Shown here piece by piece: positions 1-10,000 of a stretch of DNA of 64,000 nucleotides. Positions within the stretch are counted from its first letter, which is position 1. Each line of letters begins with the position of its first letter. The position numbers were made by a program, and so were the translations under genes. Source of the stretch: Gammaproteobacteria bacterium (lineage in GTDB: Bacteria > Pseudomonadota > Gammaproteobacteria > Burkholderiales > Rhodocyclaceae); the NCBI GenBank assembly GCA_029289265.1, contig JARFTX010000005.1, positions 34,452 to 98,451 on the forward strand, in the 5' to 3' direction. Below the pieces are notes generated by a model. The model did no database searches, had not been told where the DNA came from, and saw nothing but the letters and a program-made list of their open reading frames with translations.

Positions 1-311
1 ACCAGGCGCAGCTCGGTGCGCGCGCGCAGGATGTGCCGATCGTGGCGGTCGAGCGCGTAGAGCGTGCCCGGGGCGATCGGGTGCACCGAACCGTCGGCGA
101 TCACCTCGAGCTCGCCTTCGCCGGCGACGCAATAGACCGCCTCGAGGTGGTGGCGGTACCACATGCGAGTCTCGGTGCCGGGGTGGATGGTGGTCTCGTG
201 CATCGAGAAGCCCATGCCGTCCTGCTTGAGCAGCAGGCGCCGGCTCACCCAGTTCGGCGCGTGCACCTCGCGCTCGGTGCCGAGGATTTCGGCCAGCGTG
301 CGCACGATCAT
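1..311 (-). CDS. ectC: ectoine synthase EctC, partial (3' end cut by window edge)
   Basis: Reverse translation from the ATG at 311 gives MIVRTLAEILGTEREVHAPNWVSRRLLLKQDGMGFSMHETTIHPGTETRMWYRHHLEAVYCVAGEGE..., which is cupin-type EctC. The ATG overlaps the ectB stop (ATGA, 308-311). It is absent from the ORF track because it runs off the window. Confidence 0.9.
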   Translation of the reverse strand, partial: MIVRTLAEILGTEREVHAPNWVSRRLLLKQDGMGFSMHETTIHPGTETRMWYRHHLEAVYCVAGEGELEVIADGSVHPIAPGTLYALDRHDRHILRARTELRL

Positions 312-1624
312 CGCGCCCCTCCCGCCGCCTTCTTCAGCGCGCGCACGTTGGAATCGGCGGCGAGCGGCACGGCGAGCAACTCCGCCGCCGACTGCTCGAT
401 CACGGCCAGCCCGTCGGCCAGCATGCCGGAATCGATGTTGAGCGGCGGCAAGAGCTTGAGCACCTCGTCCTCCGGCCCCGAGGTCTCGACGATCGCGCCG
501 CGGCGAAACGCCGCCGCTGCGATGCGCGTGGCAAGCCCAGGCACCGGCGAGGCGAGCCCCTGGATCATGCCGCGGCCACGAACCTCGAAGCGTCCACCGG
601 GATAGGCGTCGACGAGGTGCTCGAGCCAGGCACCCATCGTCTTGCCCTTGCGCGCCACGTCGCGCGCCAGGCCGTGGCCGCTCCAGTAGCGCTCGAGCGC
701 CTCGCGGGCAGTGACGAAAGCGAGGTTGTTGCCGCGGAACGTACCGTTGTGCTCGCCGGGCTTCCAGATGTCCAGCACGGGCTTCATCAGCACCAGCGCC
801 ATCGGCAGGCCGAAGCCGGACAGCGACTTCGACAGGGTGATGATGTCGGGGCTGATGCCCGCGTCCTCGAAGCTGAAAAACGTGCCGGTGCGGCCGCAGC
901 CCACCTGGATGTCGTCGACGATCAGCAGCGCGTCGTGGCGGCGACACACCTGCTCGACGTTGCGCAGCCACTCGAAGCTCGCCGCGTTGACGCCGCCCTC
1001 GCCCTGCACCGTCTCGACGATGACCGCCGCCGGCGCGTCGAGCCCGCTCGAGCGGTCGCCCAGCATGCGCTCGAGCAATTCCGCGGAGTCCAGCCCGTCA
1101 ATGTATCCGTCATACGGCATGAACTGCACGTTGGTGAGCGGCTGGCCGGCCGCGGTGCGGAACTTCTCGTTCGCCGTGGCCGCGAGCGAGCCGCCGGTGA
1201 CGCCATGGAAGGCATGCGTGAAGGCGACGACATTGGTTCGGCCCTTCGCCAGGCGGGCGAGCTTCAGCGCCGCCTCAACCGCGTTGGTGCCGGTCGGACC
1301 GGGAAACTGCACCTTGTAGTGCAGGCCGCGCGGCTGAAGAATCGTCTGCTCGAATGTCTCCAGGAATGCCTTCTTGGCGCTTGTGGCCATGTCCAGGCCA
1401 TGCACGACGCCGTCACGTTGCAGGTACTCGAGCAGCCGCGCCTTCATGTGCGGCTCGTTGTGGCCGTAATTGAGCGTGCCGGCCCCGGCGAAGAAGTCGA
1501 TGTAGCGCTTGCCCTCCTCGTCCCAGAGCTCGGCGCCGCGCGCCTTGGTGAAGACGACCGGGAACGAGCGCACGTAGCCGCGCACCTCCGACTCGAGCCG
1601 TTCGAAGATTCTCAGATTGGTCAT
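308..1624 (-). CDS. ectB: diaminobutyrate-2-oxoglutarate transaminase EctB
   Basis: 438-aa class III aminotransferase starting MTNLRIFERLESEVRGYVRSFPVVF. It sits between ectA and ectC with 4-nt overlaps at both ends. Confidence 0.95.
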   Translation of the reverse strand: MTNLRIFERLESEVRGYVRSFPVVFTKARGAELWDEEGKRYIDFFAGAGTLNYGHNEPHMKARLLEYLQRDGVVHGLDMATSAKKAFLETFEQTILQPRGLHYKVQFPGPTGTNAVEAALKLARLAKGRTNVVAFTHAFHGVTGGSLAATANEKFRTAAGQPLTNVQFMPYDGYIDGLDSAELLERMLGDRSSGLDAPAAVIVETVQGEGGVNAASFEWLRNVEQVCRRHDALLIVDDIQVGCGRTGTFFSFEDAGISPDIITLSKSLSGFGLPMALVLMKPVLDIWKPGEHNGTFRGNNLAFVTAREALERYWSGHGLARDVARKGKTMGAWLEHLVDAYPGGRFEVRGRGMIQGLASPVPGLATRIAAAAFRRGAIVETSGPEDEVLKLLPPLNIDSGMLADGLAVIEQSAAELLAVPLAADSNVRALKKAAGGAR

Positions 1625-2268
1625 GGTTTTCCTCCGCTGTTGGAATCGTTGGCGACGGGCGCGATGACGAGCAGCCGCTCCTCGTCGTGGGATTCGTCGC
1701 CGAACAGGGGCCCCGCAAAGAGCGGGGACTCGCTGATGTCGGCGCCGAGCTCGCGCGCCCAGGCCCCGAACATGCGCCGCGATGGGGCATTGCCGGGCGA
1801 CACCGTGGTCTCGATGCGTTCGATGCGCACGAGGCCGTCGCGCTCGAGCAGCGCCCGCAGCATGCGCCGGCCCAGCCCGAGCCCGCGCGCGGCGGGATGG
1901 ACGGCCACCTGCCAGACGAACAGGGTGTCGGGCCGGGCCGGGGGCACGTAGCCGGAGACGAAGCCGACGGCGGCCTCGCCGTCGAGCGCCAGCACGCAGG
2001 TCTCGGCGAAGTGATGCGCGAGCAGCAGGTAGGCGTAACTGGAATTGATATCGAGCGGCGGGCAGGCGCGTATCAGCGCGTGGATGTCGTGGCCGCGCTC
2101 GATGGTAGGGCGAACGAGGCGAATCGTTCGTTTGTCTGGTTCGTCCGAAGCCGTTGTCCTTGTCCTTGTCGTTGCCGAAATCGTTGTCGCGCTCACCGCC
2201 CCTCCTCTTGTGCGGAGGCGAACGGGGTCAGTCACGCCGAACGTCGCGGGCGTCCCGCGCCCGCTCAC
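1621..2268 (-). CDS. ectA: L-2,4-diaminobutyrate acetyltransferase EctA
   Basis: GNAT protein with PPLDINSSYAYLLLAHHFAETC and WQVAVHPAARGLGLGRRML. Its stop overlaps the ectB ATG. The start is uncertain: GTG at 2268 lies directly against an AGGAG. Confidence 0.88.
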   Translation of the reverse strand: MSGRGTPATFGVTDPVRLRTRGGAVSATTISATTRTRTTASDEPDKRTIRLVRPTIERGHDIHALIRACPPLDINSSYAYLLLAHHFAETCVLALDGEAAVGFVSGYVPPARPDTLFVWQVAVHPAARGLGLGRRMLRALLERDGLVRIERIETTVSPGNAPSRRMFGAWARELGADISESPLFAGPLFGDESHDEERLLVIAPVANDSNSGGKP

Positions 2269-2280
2269 CTCCTGAATTGT

Positions 2281-2739
2281 TCACGGTCGAACCAGCGGAC
2301 CGGTCTCGAGGATCGGCGCCGAGTCGATGTGCTGCGCCTCCATCAGCTCGACCACGCGCTCGAGCGCCTCCGCAATGCGCGCCTGCTCATCGACGGGCAG
2401 CCGTTTCAGTCCGTCGGCGAGGCGCTGCTGCAGCGGCGACGGCGCCGAGTTCGCAAGCGCGACACCGCGATCGGTGGCGCGGACATGGACGATGCGCCGG
2501 TCCTCGATGCCGCGACTGCGCGCGACGAAACCCTTCTCCTCGAGGCGATCGAGGATGCCCACGATTGTGCTCGGGCTCAGGTGGACTTCCTTTGCCAGCA
2601 GGCCGGCACTGATCGAAACCCGTTCGACGATCGCAAGCAGGCAGATGAGTTGCGGCGCCGTGACGTGGCTGTGCATCTCCAGCTGCTTGGAATACATGTC
2701 CACGCAGCGAATGATGCGGCGCATGGATCGAAGAACCAT
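2281..2739 (-). CDS. MarR-family transcriptional regulator (EctR-like by position)
   Basis: Winged-helix MarR core: LICLLAIVERVSISAGLLAKEVHLSPSTIVGILDRLEEKGFVARSRGIEDRRIVHVRATDRG. The ATG at 2739 was chosen; the ORF stays open up to 2847. It ends 12 nt before ectA. Confidence 0.8.
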   Translation of the reverse strand: MVLRSMRRIIRCVDMYSKQLEMHSHVTAPQLICLLAIVERVSISAGLLAKEVHLSPSTIVGILDRLEEKGFVARSRGIEDRRIVHVRATDRGVALANSAPSPLQQRLADGLKRLPVDEQARIAEALERVVELMEAQHIDSAPILETGPLVRP

Positions 2740-3025
2740 CAGATCGAAACCGGCTCCCGCCGCGGTCGGGGCGACCGCTTCGCCGTTGCGGCCGGCCGCG
2801 CCTGCCGGCAATGCCTGCGCACCCGGCCTATCCCTGCCGCTCACCATGCGCCGACGAGTCCTTGCGTCAAGATGCGGAAGTCCGTATTGCTGCGATCATT
2901 CGTACTGAAACTTTTTTTATTAAAAGTGTCGACCGGGCGATTGTCAACCCGGATGAACGCCCGCGGCGAGACCGCACGGCACGACAGGCGCCCTGCTTCG
3001 CCTGCACCGACGGCATTCGGCGCGC

Positions 3026-3634
3026 TTAAGAGATCAGCCCTTCCGCCCGCATCGCCTCCTGCACCTTCGGCCGCTCGGCGATCCGTGCCATGTAGGCCTT
3101 GACCGCAGGCCACCGACTCACGTCGATGCCGTGCAGCCCGGTCCAGTTGAGCACGGTGAACAGATACGCGTCGGCGGCAGTGAAGCGCTCGCCGGTCACG
3201 TAGGGCTTGCCGTCGAGCAGCCCGTCCAGCGTACCGAGTCGGCGCGCGATCGTTTCCAGCTGGACCGCCTTCATCTCGGCGGTGAGTTGCGGGTTGAAGA
3301 GCGCTCCGATCTGCTTGTGGACTTCGGTCGCTGCGAAGTTCAGCGCCTCCATCTGGTGGTAGCGCGCCATCGTGCCCCACTGCGGCACCAGCCCCGACTC
3401 CGGCCGCTGGTCGGCAAGATACTGGCAGATCACCGCAACCTCGGTGAGAACTTCGCCGCCGTCGAGCACCAGCGCGGGAACATAGCCCTTGGAATTGATC
3501 GCGAGATAGTCGTCACCGGTGGCGGTCTTCCTGTTCGCCAGATCGACCTTGTCGAGGTCGAGTGCGATGCCTGCCTCGCGGGCGACGATGTGGGGTGCGA
3601 GCGAGCAGGCTCCCGGATAGTAGTACAGCTTCAT
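3026..3634 (-). CDS. glutathione S-transferase
   Basis: MKLYYYPGACSLAPHIVAREAGIALDL... is a typical beta-class GST N-terminus, about 203 aa. The upstream part of the 3026-3745 ORF is Arg/Pro-rich and non-coding-like. Confidence 0.9.
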   Translation of the reverse strand: MKLYYYPGACSLAPHIVAREAGIALDLDKVDLANRKTATGDDYLAINSKGYVPALVLDGGEVLTEVAVICQYLADQRPESGLVPQWGTMARYHQMEALNFAATEVHKQIGALFNPQLTAEMKAVQLETIARRLGTLDGLLDGKPYVTGERFTAADAYLFTVLNWTGLHGIDVSRWPAVKAYMARIAERPKVQEAMRAEGLIS

Positions 3635-3820
3635 GTCGGCCTCCTTCGGTCGTGGTCCCTGCGGGTTGCCGCCCGAGGCGGCCCCGGCGCGGGGCGGCGT
3701 GCCCCGCCCTTTCCGAAGTGTGCGCGGCCGCCGCACCTGCCGCAACCCCGATTGCGGCGGCCTCGTCGAGCAGATATTCCCCAGGCAGTGAGGCGACCCG
3801 CGCGATGCCGAGCGGCAATC

Positions 3821-4264
3821 TCAATAGGTCTTGTACGGCAGAAACTTGCCGCTCATCGTGATGCTGACCCGGTCCCCCGCGGCGTTGGGCTCGCGCTGCA
3901 GGTCCATCTTGAAGTCGATCGCGCTCATGATGCCGTCGCCGAACTCCTCGTGGATGAGCTCCTTGAAGGTCGTGCCGTAGACGTTGATCAGCTCGTAGAA
4001 GCGATAGATCAGCGGGTCGGTCGGGACCGCCGTCGGCAGCGACCCCTTGTAGGGCACGACCTGGAGCTGCTCGACGGCCTCCTCCGGGAGTTCGAGCACG
4101 TCGCCCACCGCGCGCGCCTGCGCTTCGGTGAGCGTCATCTGGCCGAGCAGCGCGGCGGTGCTCCATTCCTTGCTGAAACCGACGTGCTCGGCGAGCTGCG
4201 CCCACGAGAGCTTCTTGCGCAGCTTGGCGGCGAGGATGAGGGCGGTGACTTGGTCGCGGGTCAT
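3821..4264 (-). CDS. cynS: cyanase (cyanate hydratase)
   Basis: 147 aa, starting MTRDQVTALILAAKLRKKLSWAQLAEHVGFSKEW and ending SAIDFKMDLQRE...ITMSGKFLPYKTY, the canonical CynS C-terminus. Confidence 0.95.
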   Translation of the reverse strand: MTRDQVTALILAAKLRKKLSWAQLAEHVGFSKEWSTAALLGQMTLTEAQARAVGDVLELPEEAVEQLQVVPYKGSLPTAVPTDPLIYRFYELINVYGTTFKELIHEEFGDGIMSAIDFKMDLQREPNAAGDRVSITMSGKFLPYKTY

Positions 4265-4276
4265 GGCGATGCTCCT

Positions 4277-5218
4277 TCAGGCAGAGGCATGGGAAAAAGT
4301 GGATTCCGTGGCATGCGGCACGGAATGTCCGGCATGAACTTGCAGCGGCACCACGGTCGCCCCGCCGTCGAGCCCGGGACGCACCACCGGCGGCTGGCGC
4401 GGATCGTGTCCCGCGGCGGCGTCGCCGGCATAGTCCTGCGAGCGATTCACGAGGAAATCGACGAGGTGGTTGCGGATGCGGTAGTACTGCGGGTCGTGAT
4501 GGATGGTCGCGCGCGTGCGATCGCGCGGCATCGTGACCTCGACGATCTCGGCGATCTTGGCGAAGGGGCCGTTGCTCATCAGCAGGATCTTGTCGGCGAG
4601 CAGGATGGCCTCGTCGACGTCATGCGTGATCATGAACACGGTCTGGTGCGTCGCCTGGACGATGGCGAGCAGCTCGTCCTGGATGGTGCCGCGGGTGAGC
4701 GCGTCGAGCGCACCGAAGGGCTCGTCGAGCAGCAGCATCTTGGGCTGAATCGCGAAGGCGCGGGCGATGCCGACGCGCTGCTTCATGCCGCCGGAGAGCT
4801 CCGCGGGCTTCTTGTGCAGGGCCTGGCCGAGCCCCACCATCTCGAGGTAGCGCACGCTGTGCGCCTCGACCTGCTTGGCGCTCCAGCCGGGCCAGCGCGA
4901 GCGCACGCCGAACTCGACGTTCTTCAGCGTCGACAGCCACGGCAGCAGGGCGTGGCCCTGGAAGACCACGCCGCGATCGAGCGAGGGGCCGCAGATCTCG
5001 CGCCCGTCCATGATCACCGCCCCGCCGCTCGCCTCGTCGAGGCCGGCGAGCACGTTCAGGATGGTCGTCTTGCCGCAGCCCGAGTGGCCGATGATGCAGG
5101 CGAACTCGCCCTTGTCGATGGCGAAGTGGATGTTCTCGAACACGGTCAGGGGCTCACCGCCGCGTGGCCCGGGGAAGCGCCTGGCGAGCGCCTCGACCTG
5201 GAGGAAATGCTGGGTCAT
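4277..5218 (-). CDS. ABC transporter ATP-binding protein, nitrate/cyanate/bicarbonate (NrtD/CynD) type
   Basis: Walker A GHSGCGKTT, signature LSGGMKQRV, Walker B LLLDEP, and the family-typical tail HHDPQYYRIRNHLVDFL. The ATG at 5218 lies 6 nt after the permease stop. Confidence 0.9.
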   Translation of the reverse strand: MTQHFLQVEALARRFPGPRGGEPLTVFENIHFAIDKGEFACIIGHSGCGKTTILNVLAGLDEASGGAVIMDGREICGPSLDRGVVFQGHALLPWLSTLKNVEFGVRSRWPGWSAKQVEAHSVRYLEMVGLGQALHKKPAELSGGMKQRVGIARAFAIQPKMLLLDEPFGALDALTRGTIQDELLAIVQATHQTVFMITHDVDEAILLADKILLMSNGPFAKIAEIVEVTMPRDRTRATIHHDPQYYRIRNHLVDFLVNRSQDYAGDAAAGHDPRQPPVVRPGLDGGATVVPLQVHAGHSVPHATESTFSHASA

Positions 5219-5223
5219 GGGGC

Positions 5224-6066
5224 TCACTCCTTGTAGGTCACGGCACGCCCGAGCCGCGCCAGCGTGGTGTCGAGCAGCATCCCGACCAGGCCGATGAAGA
5301 GGATCGCGCTGATGATGTTGGCGATCGACAGGTTGTTCCACTCGTTCCAGACGAAGTAGCCGATGCCGGTGCCACCGACCAGCATTTCGGCTGCGACGAT
5401 GACCAGCCAGGCGATGCCGACCGAGATCCGCATGCCGGTCATGATGGTCGGTGCGGCGGCCGGCAGGATGACCTGGAAGGCGGTACGCAGTCGCGACACT
5501 TCCAGCGTGCGGGCCACGTTGAGCCAGTCACGCCGGACCGACGCGACGCCGAAGGCGGTGTTGATCAGCATCGGCCACAGCGAGCAGATGAAGATCACGA
5601 ACACCGCCGAGACGTTGGAGTCCTTGATGGTGTAGAGCGCGAGCGGCATCCACGCGAGCGGCGAGATCGGCTTGAGGATCTGGATGAAGGGGTCGAGCGC
5701 CCGGTACACCAGCGGCGACATGCCGATCACGAAGCCGAGCGGGATCGCCACCAGCGCCGCCAGCCCGAAGCCCAGCAGCACCCGCGCGATCGAATGCCCG
5801 AGCTGGATGCCGATGCCCTTGTCGTTGGTGCCGCGGTCGTAGAACGGATCGGTGATGTGCTCCCAGAGCTTGGCCGCGACGTCGCCCGGCCCCGGCATTG
5901 CTGACTTGCCGCCTGTGGCAGCGGCCGCGCCGACGAGCGCCGCGTACTCGGGATCGACCTGAACCTCGCCGGCCGTCGTGCGCGTGGCCAGATGCCACAG
6001 GCCGACGAACACGGCGAGGAAGACCAGGGACAAGAGCGGCGCGAGCCAGGGTCGATTGCCGGCCAT
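5224..6066 (-). CDS. ABC transporter permease, NrtB/CynB type
   Basis: 280-aa polytopic protein with the binding-protein-dependent transport motif region (LEVSRLRTAFQVILPAAAP). It lies between the binding protein and the ATPase. Confidence 0.9.
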   Translation of the reverse strand: MAGNRPWLAPLLSLVFLAVFVGLWHLATRTTAGEVQVDPEYAALVGAAAATGGKSAMPGPGDVAAKLWEHITDPFYDRGTNDKGIGIQLGHSIARVLLGFGLAALVAIPLGFVIGMSPLVYRALDPFIQILKPISPLAWMPLALYTIKDSNVSAVFVIFICSLWPMLINTAFGVASVRRDWLNVARTLEVSRLRTAFQVILPAAAPTIMTGMRISVGIAWLVIVAAEMLVGGTGIGYFVWNEWNNLSIANIISAILFIGLVGMLLDTTLARLGRAVTYKE

Positions 6067-6069
6067 CGC

Positions 6070-7434
6070 TCAGGTCCTCCGGATCGCGAAGCTGTCGACG
6101 TAGGCCTGGGGCTGCGACGGATCGAAGCGTCGGCCCATCACCTCGAAGGACTTGACCGGATCGGCCGGCGGCTCCATCCCGACCTCCTTCATCAGCCGCG
6201 TCGCGTCGGTCGCGAGGAAGACCTCGCGCGCGACCGCGGCGTAGTCGATGTCGCCCTTGATCTGCCCCCAGCGTTTCATCTGGGTGAGGATCCAGATCGC
6301 GAAGGACTCGTACGGGAAGGGATCGAAGTCGATGCGCTGGGGGTCGCGCACGATGTTGCCGAGCCCGTCGGCGAAGGTGCCGGTGAGCACCTGCTCGACC
6401 ACCGTGACCGGCTGGTTGAGGTAGTTGGTCGGCGCGATCGCGGCGGCGATCTCCTTGCGGTTCTCGGGCTTGCGGGCATAGGCGGTCGCGTCGAGGATCG
6501 CCTTGAGGAGCGCCTGGTAGGTGTTCGGCATGGCCGTGACGAACTCGCGGCTCGCCGAGAACGCGCAGCACGGGTGGCCGTCCCAGATCTCCTTCGACAG
6601 CAGGTGGATGAAGCCCACGCCGTCGTAGACCGCCCGCTGGTTGACCGGATCGGGCGCGAGGAAGCCGTCGATGTTGTCGGCGCGCAGGTTGGCGACCATC
6701 TCGGGCGGCGGCACCGAGCGGATCGACACGTCGCGATCCGGGTCGACGCCGTGCTCGGCCAGGTAATAGCGCAGCAGGTAGTTGTGCATCGAGTAGTCGA
6801 ACGGCACGGCGAAGCGGAAGCCCTTCCAGTCCTTCGGGTCGCGACGGTCCTTGTGCTTGAGCGCCAGCGTGATCGCCTGGCCGTTGATGTTCTCGACCGC
6901 CGGCATGGTCCAGGGGATCGGGCTCGAGCCGGCGCCGATCGAGATCGCCAGCGGCATCGGCGAGAGCATGTGCGCCGCGTCGTACTCCCTGGCGAGCGCC
7001 TTGTCGCGGATCACCGCCCAACCGGCAGTCTTGACCACCTCGACGTCGAGCCCGTACTTGGCGTAGTAGCCCAGCGGGTGCGCCATGATGATGGGCGTCG
7101 CGCAGGTGATGGGGATGAAGCCCACCGACAGCCTGGTCTTTTCCAGCGGCCCGATGCTCTCGGCGAAGGCCTCCTTGGCGAGCCCGAGCGGAAACAGCGT
7201 CGAGATCGCGGCCAGCGCCGTGCCGCCACCCACCGCCTTGAGGAAGCGGCGGCGCACCTCGTCCTGGGGAAACAGCGCCCGCATCACCGCGCCCTCGACG
7301 GCGCGATCCTGCAGCGCGCGCGCTTCCAGCGCCTCGGCGCGCTCGTGCTCGGCCTGGCTGTGATGGCGGCCGCAGCTGCAACCGCCGCGGTGCAGGCGGA
7401 CCTTGTAGTCGAACGGATTGCGGAAGGCGGACAT
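6070..7434 (-). CDS. CmpA/NrtA-family periplasmic substrate-binding protein (CynA-like), Tat signal
   Basis: Twin-arginine motif RRRFLKAVGGGTALAA, followed by a NrtA-like body. It is preceded by a roughly 60-aa Cys/His-containing N-terminal segment (see findings). Confidence 0.85.
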   Translation of the reverse strand: MSAFRNPFDYKVRLHRGGCSCGRHHSQAEHERAEALEARALQDRAVEGAVMRALFPQDEVRRRFLKAVGGGTALAAISTLFPLGLAKEAFAESIGPLEKTRLSVGFIPITCATPIIMAHPLGYYAKYGLDVEVVKTAGWAVIRDKALAREYDAAHMLSPMPLAISIGAGSSPIPWTMPAVENINGQAITLALKHKDRRDPKDWKGFRFAVPFDYSMHNYLLRYYLAEHGVDPDRDVSIRSVPPPEMVANLRADNIDGFLAPDPVNQRAVYDGVGFIHLLSKEIWDGHPCCAFSASREFVTAMPNTYQALLKAILDATAYARKPENRKEIAAAIAPTNYLNQPVTVVEQVLTGTFADGLGNIVRDPQRIDFDPFPYESFAIWILTQMKRWGQIKGDIDYAAVAREVFLATDATRLMKEVGMEPPADPVKSFEVMGRRFDPSQPQAYVDSFAIRRT

Positions 7435-7454
7435 GGCGAACTCCTTGCTCGGGG

Positions 7455-8147
7455 TCAGACGGTGGTCAATCGGGGGACGGCGGTCGCGAGGCCCGGCCCC
7501 GCGTAGTCGATGTCGTGCTCATACAGCGCCCAGGCGCGGTGATACTCCATGACGCGGGCGACCTCGGCGAGGAAGCCCTCGTCGTAGCCGGCGCGGCGCA
7601 GGAGATGGAAGCCCAGCTCCATGCCGGCGCTGATGCCCCCGGCCGTGACGATGCGGCCGGCATCGACGACGCGCGCCCGGCTGATGCGGCAGGCCGGCGC
7701 GATCTCGGCCAGGCGGTCGATCGGCGTCCTGCCCAGATGCGAGGCCTCGAGCCGGTCGGGCTCCTTGCGGCTCGTGGCCGGCAGGCCGTCGAGCAGGCCC
7801 ATCGCGCCGTAGATCCACGAGCCGGTGCACACGCTCGTGACCAGGCAATCCTCTGGGAGCGCCCGGACGAAGGCCTGAAGGTTGCGGTTGTGCATCTCCT
7901 GGCGGGTACCGGGCCCGCCGGGGATCAGGAAGGCGTCCATCGCCGGCCGGTCGGCGAAGGCATAGTTGGGCAAGACCGTGAAGCCGGCCTCGGTCTGCAC
8001 CGGGCGCATGCTCTCGGCGACGAGGAACACGTCGAGCTCGGGGTCGAAGCGCCGTGCCACGGAAAACACCCCGCAGGGCGCCGCGTAGTCGACGATCTCG
8101 GCATTCTTGAACACATACACCCCGAGCCTGAATCCTGGCTTTCGCAT
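7455..8147 (-). CDS. DJ-1/PfpI-family protein (isocyanide-hydratase-like class)
   Basis: Nucleophile-elbow motif [19 protein letters not shown], plus IPGGPG and [16 protein letters not shown]. It ends 20 nt upstream of the cynA-like start on the same strand. Confidence 0.85.
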   Translation of the reverse strand: MRKPGFRLGVYVFKNAEIVDYAAPCGVFSVARRFDPELDVFLVAESMRPVQTEAGFTVLPNYAFADRPAMDAFLIPGGPGTRQEMHNRNLQAFVRALPEDCLVTSVCTGSWIYGAMGLLDGLPATSRKEPDRLEASHLGRTPIDRLAEIAPACRISRARVVDAGRIVTAGGISAGMELGFHLLRRAGYDEGFLAEVARVMEYHRAWALYEHDIDYAGPGLATAVPRLTTV

Positions 8148-8290
8148 CGCGGCACCTTCGAACGCGATTGATCACGTCTCGAATGTTCCGCTCGGCGAAC
8201 AGGCGCCGGTATCGCCGTTCTCGTGATTGTCCTGTAGTGCCAGCACTACAGGACGTGGCTCGGCCGCGACGATCTGCTATCGTCGTGGCG

Positions 8291-9213
<923 letters not shown>

Positions 9214-9217
<4 letters not shown>

Positions 9218-9975
9218 ATCTCAACTCGGTGCGCGCGATCTACCTGTTCGAGATGCACCGCACGCGGCGCACGCTGCTGCAGAGCATCTTTGCGCCGGTC
9301 ATCACGACTTCCCTGTACTTCGTCGTGTTCGGCGCGGCGATCGGCGCGCGCATTCCCGAGATCGAGGGAGTGAGCTACGGCGCCTTCATCGTCCCCGGCC
9401 TGGTCATGCTGACGCTGCTCACCCAGAGCGTGTCGAACGCCTCGTTCGGGATCTTCTTCCCGAAGTTCTCGCGGACGATCTACGAGGTGCTGTCCGCGCC
9501 GATCTCCCACTTCGAGATCGTGGTGAGCTATGTCGGCGCCGCCGCGACCAAGTCGGTGATCGTCGGCCTCATCATCCTCGCCACCGCGGGCCTGTTCGTG
9601 CCGCTGCACGTCGAGCACCCGCTGTGGATGCTGCTCTTCCTGCTGCTCACCTCGATCACCTTCAGCCTGTTCGGCTTCGTGCTCGGCATCTGGGCGGACA
9701 ACTTCGAGAAGCTGCAACTGGTGCCGCTGCTGGTGATCACTCCGCTGACCTTCCTCGGCGGCAGCTTCTACTCCATCAGCATGCTCCCGCCGTTCTGGCA
9801 GACGGTGACGCTCTTCAACCCCGTGGTCTATCTCGTCAGCGGCTTCCGCTGGAGCTTCTACGGCATCGCCGACGTGCACATCGGCGTCAGCATCGCGATG
9901 ACGTTCTTCTTCCTTGCGGTGTTCGCCGCAATCGCGGCCTGGATGTTCAAGACCGGCTACCGCCTCAAACCCTGA
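9214..9975 (+). CDS. ABC-2-type transporter permease (YadH-like)
   Basis: 253 aa, six predicted TM segments, ATGA overlap with the ATPase stop (9214-9217). Confidence 0.9.
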
Positions 9976-10000
9976 CCCGGCCACCCGCGCCGGCCTGCCG

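Noticed and set aside
3131-5236. 701-codon plus-strand ORF. Similar long ORFs lie at 5528-7381(-), 5992-7506(+), 49000-51261(+), 55745-57814(+), 10651-12360(+), 31346-33112(+), 33666-35630(+), 58544-60139(-) and 24337-25836(+).
   Set aside because: All are antisense to or out of frame with confidently identified genes, and all show the GC3-driven open-frame artefact.
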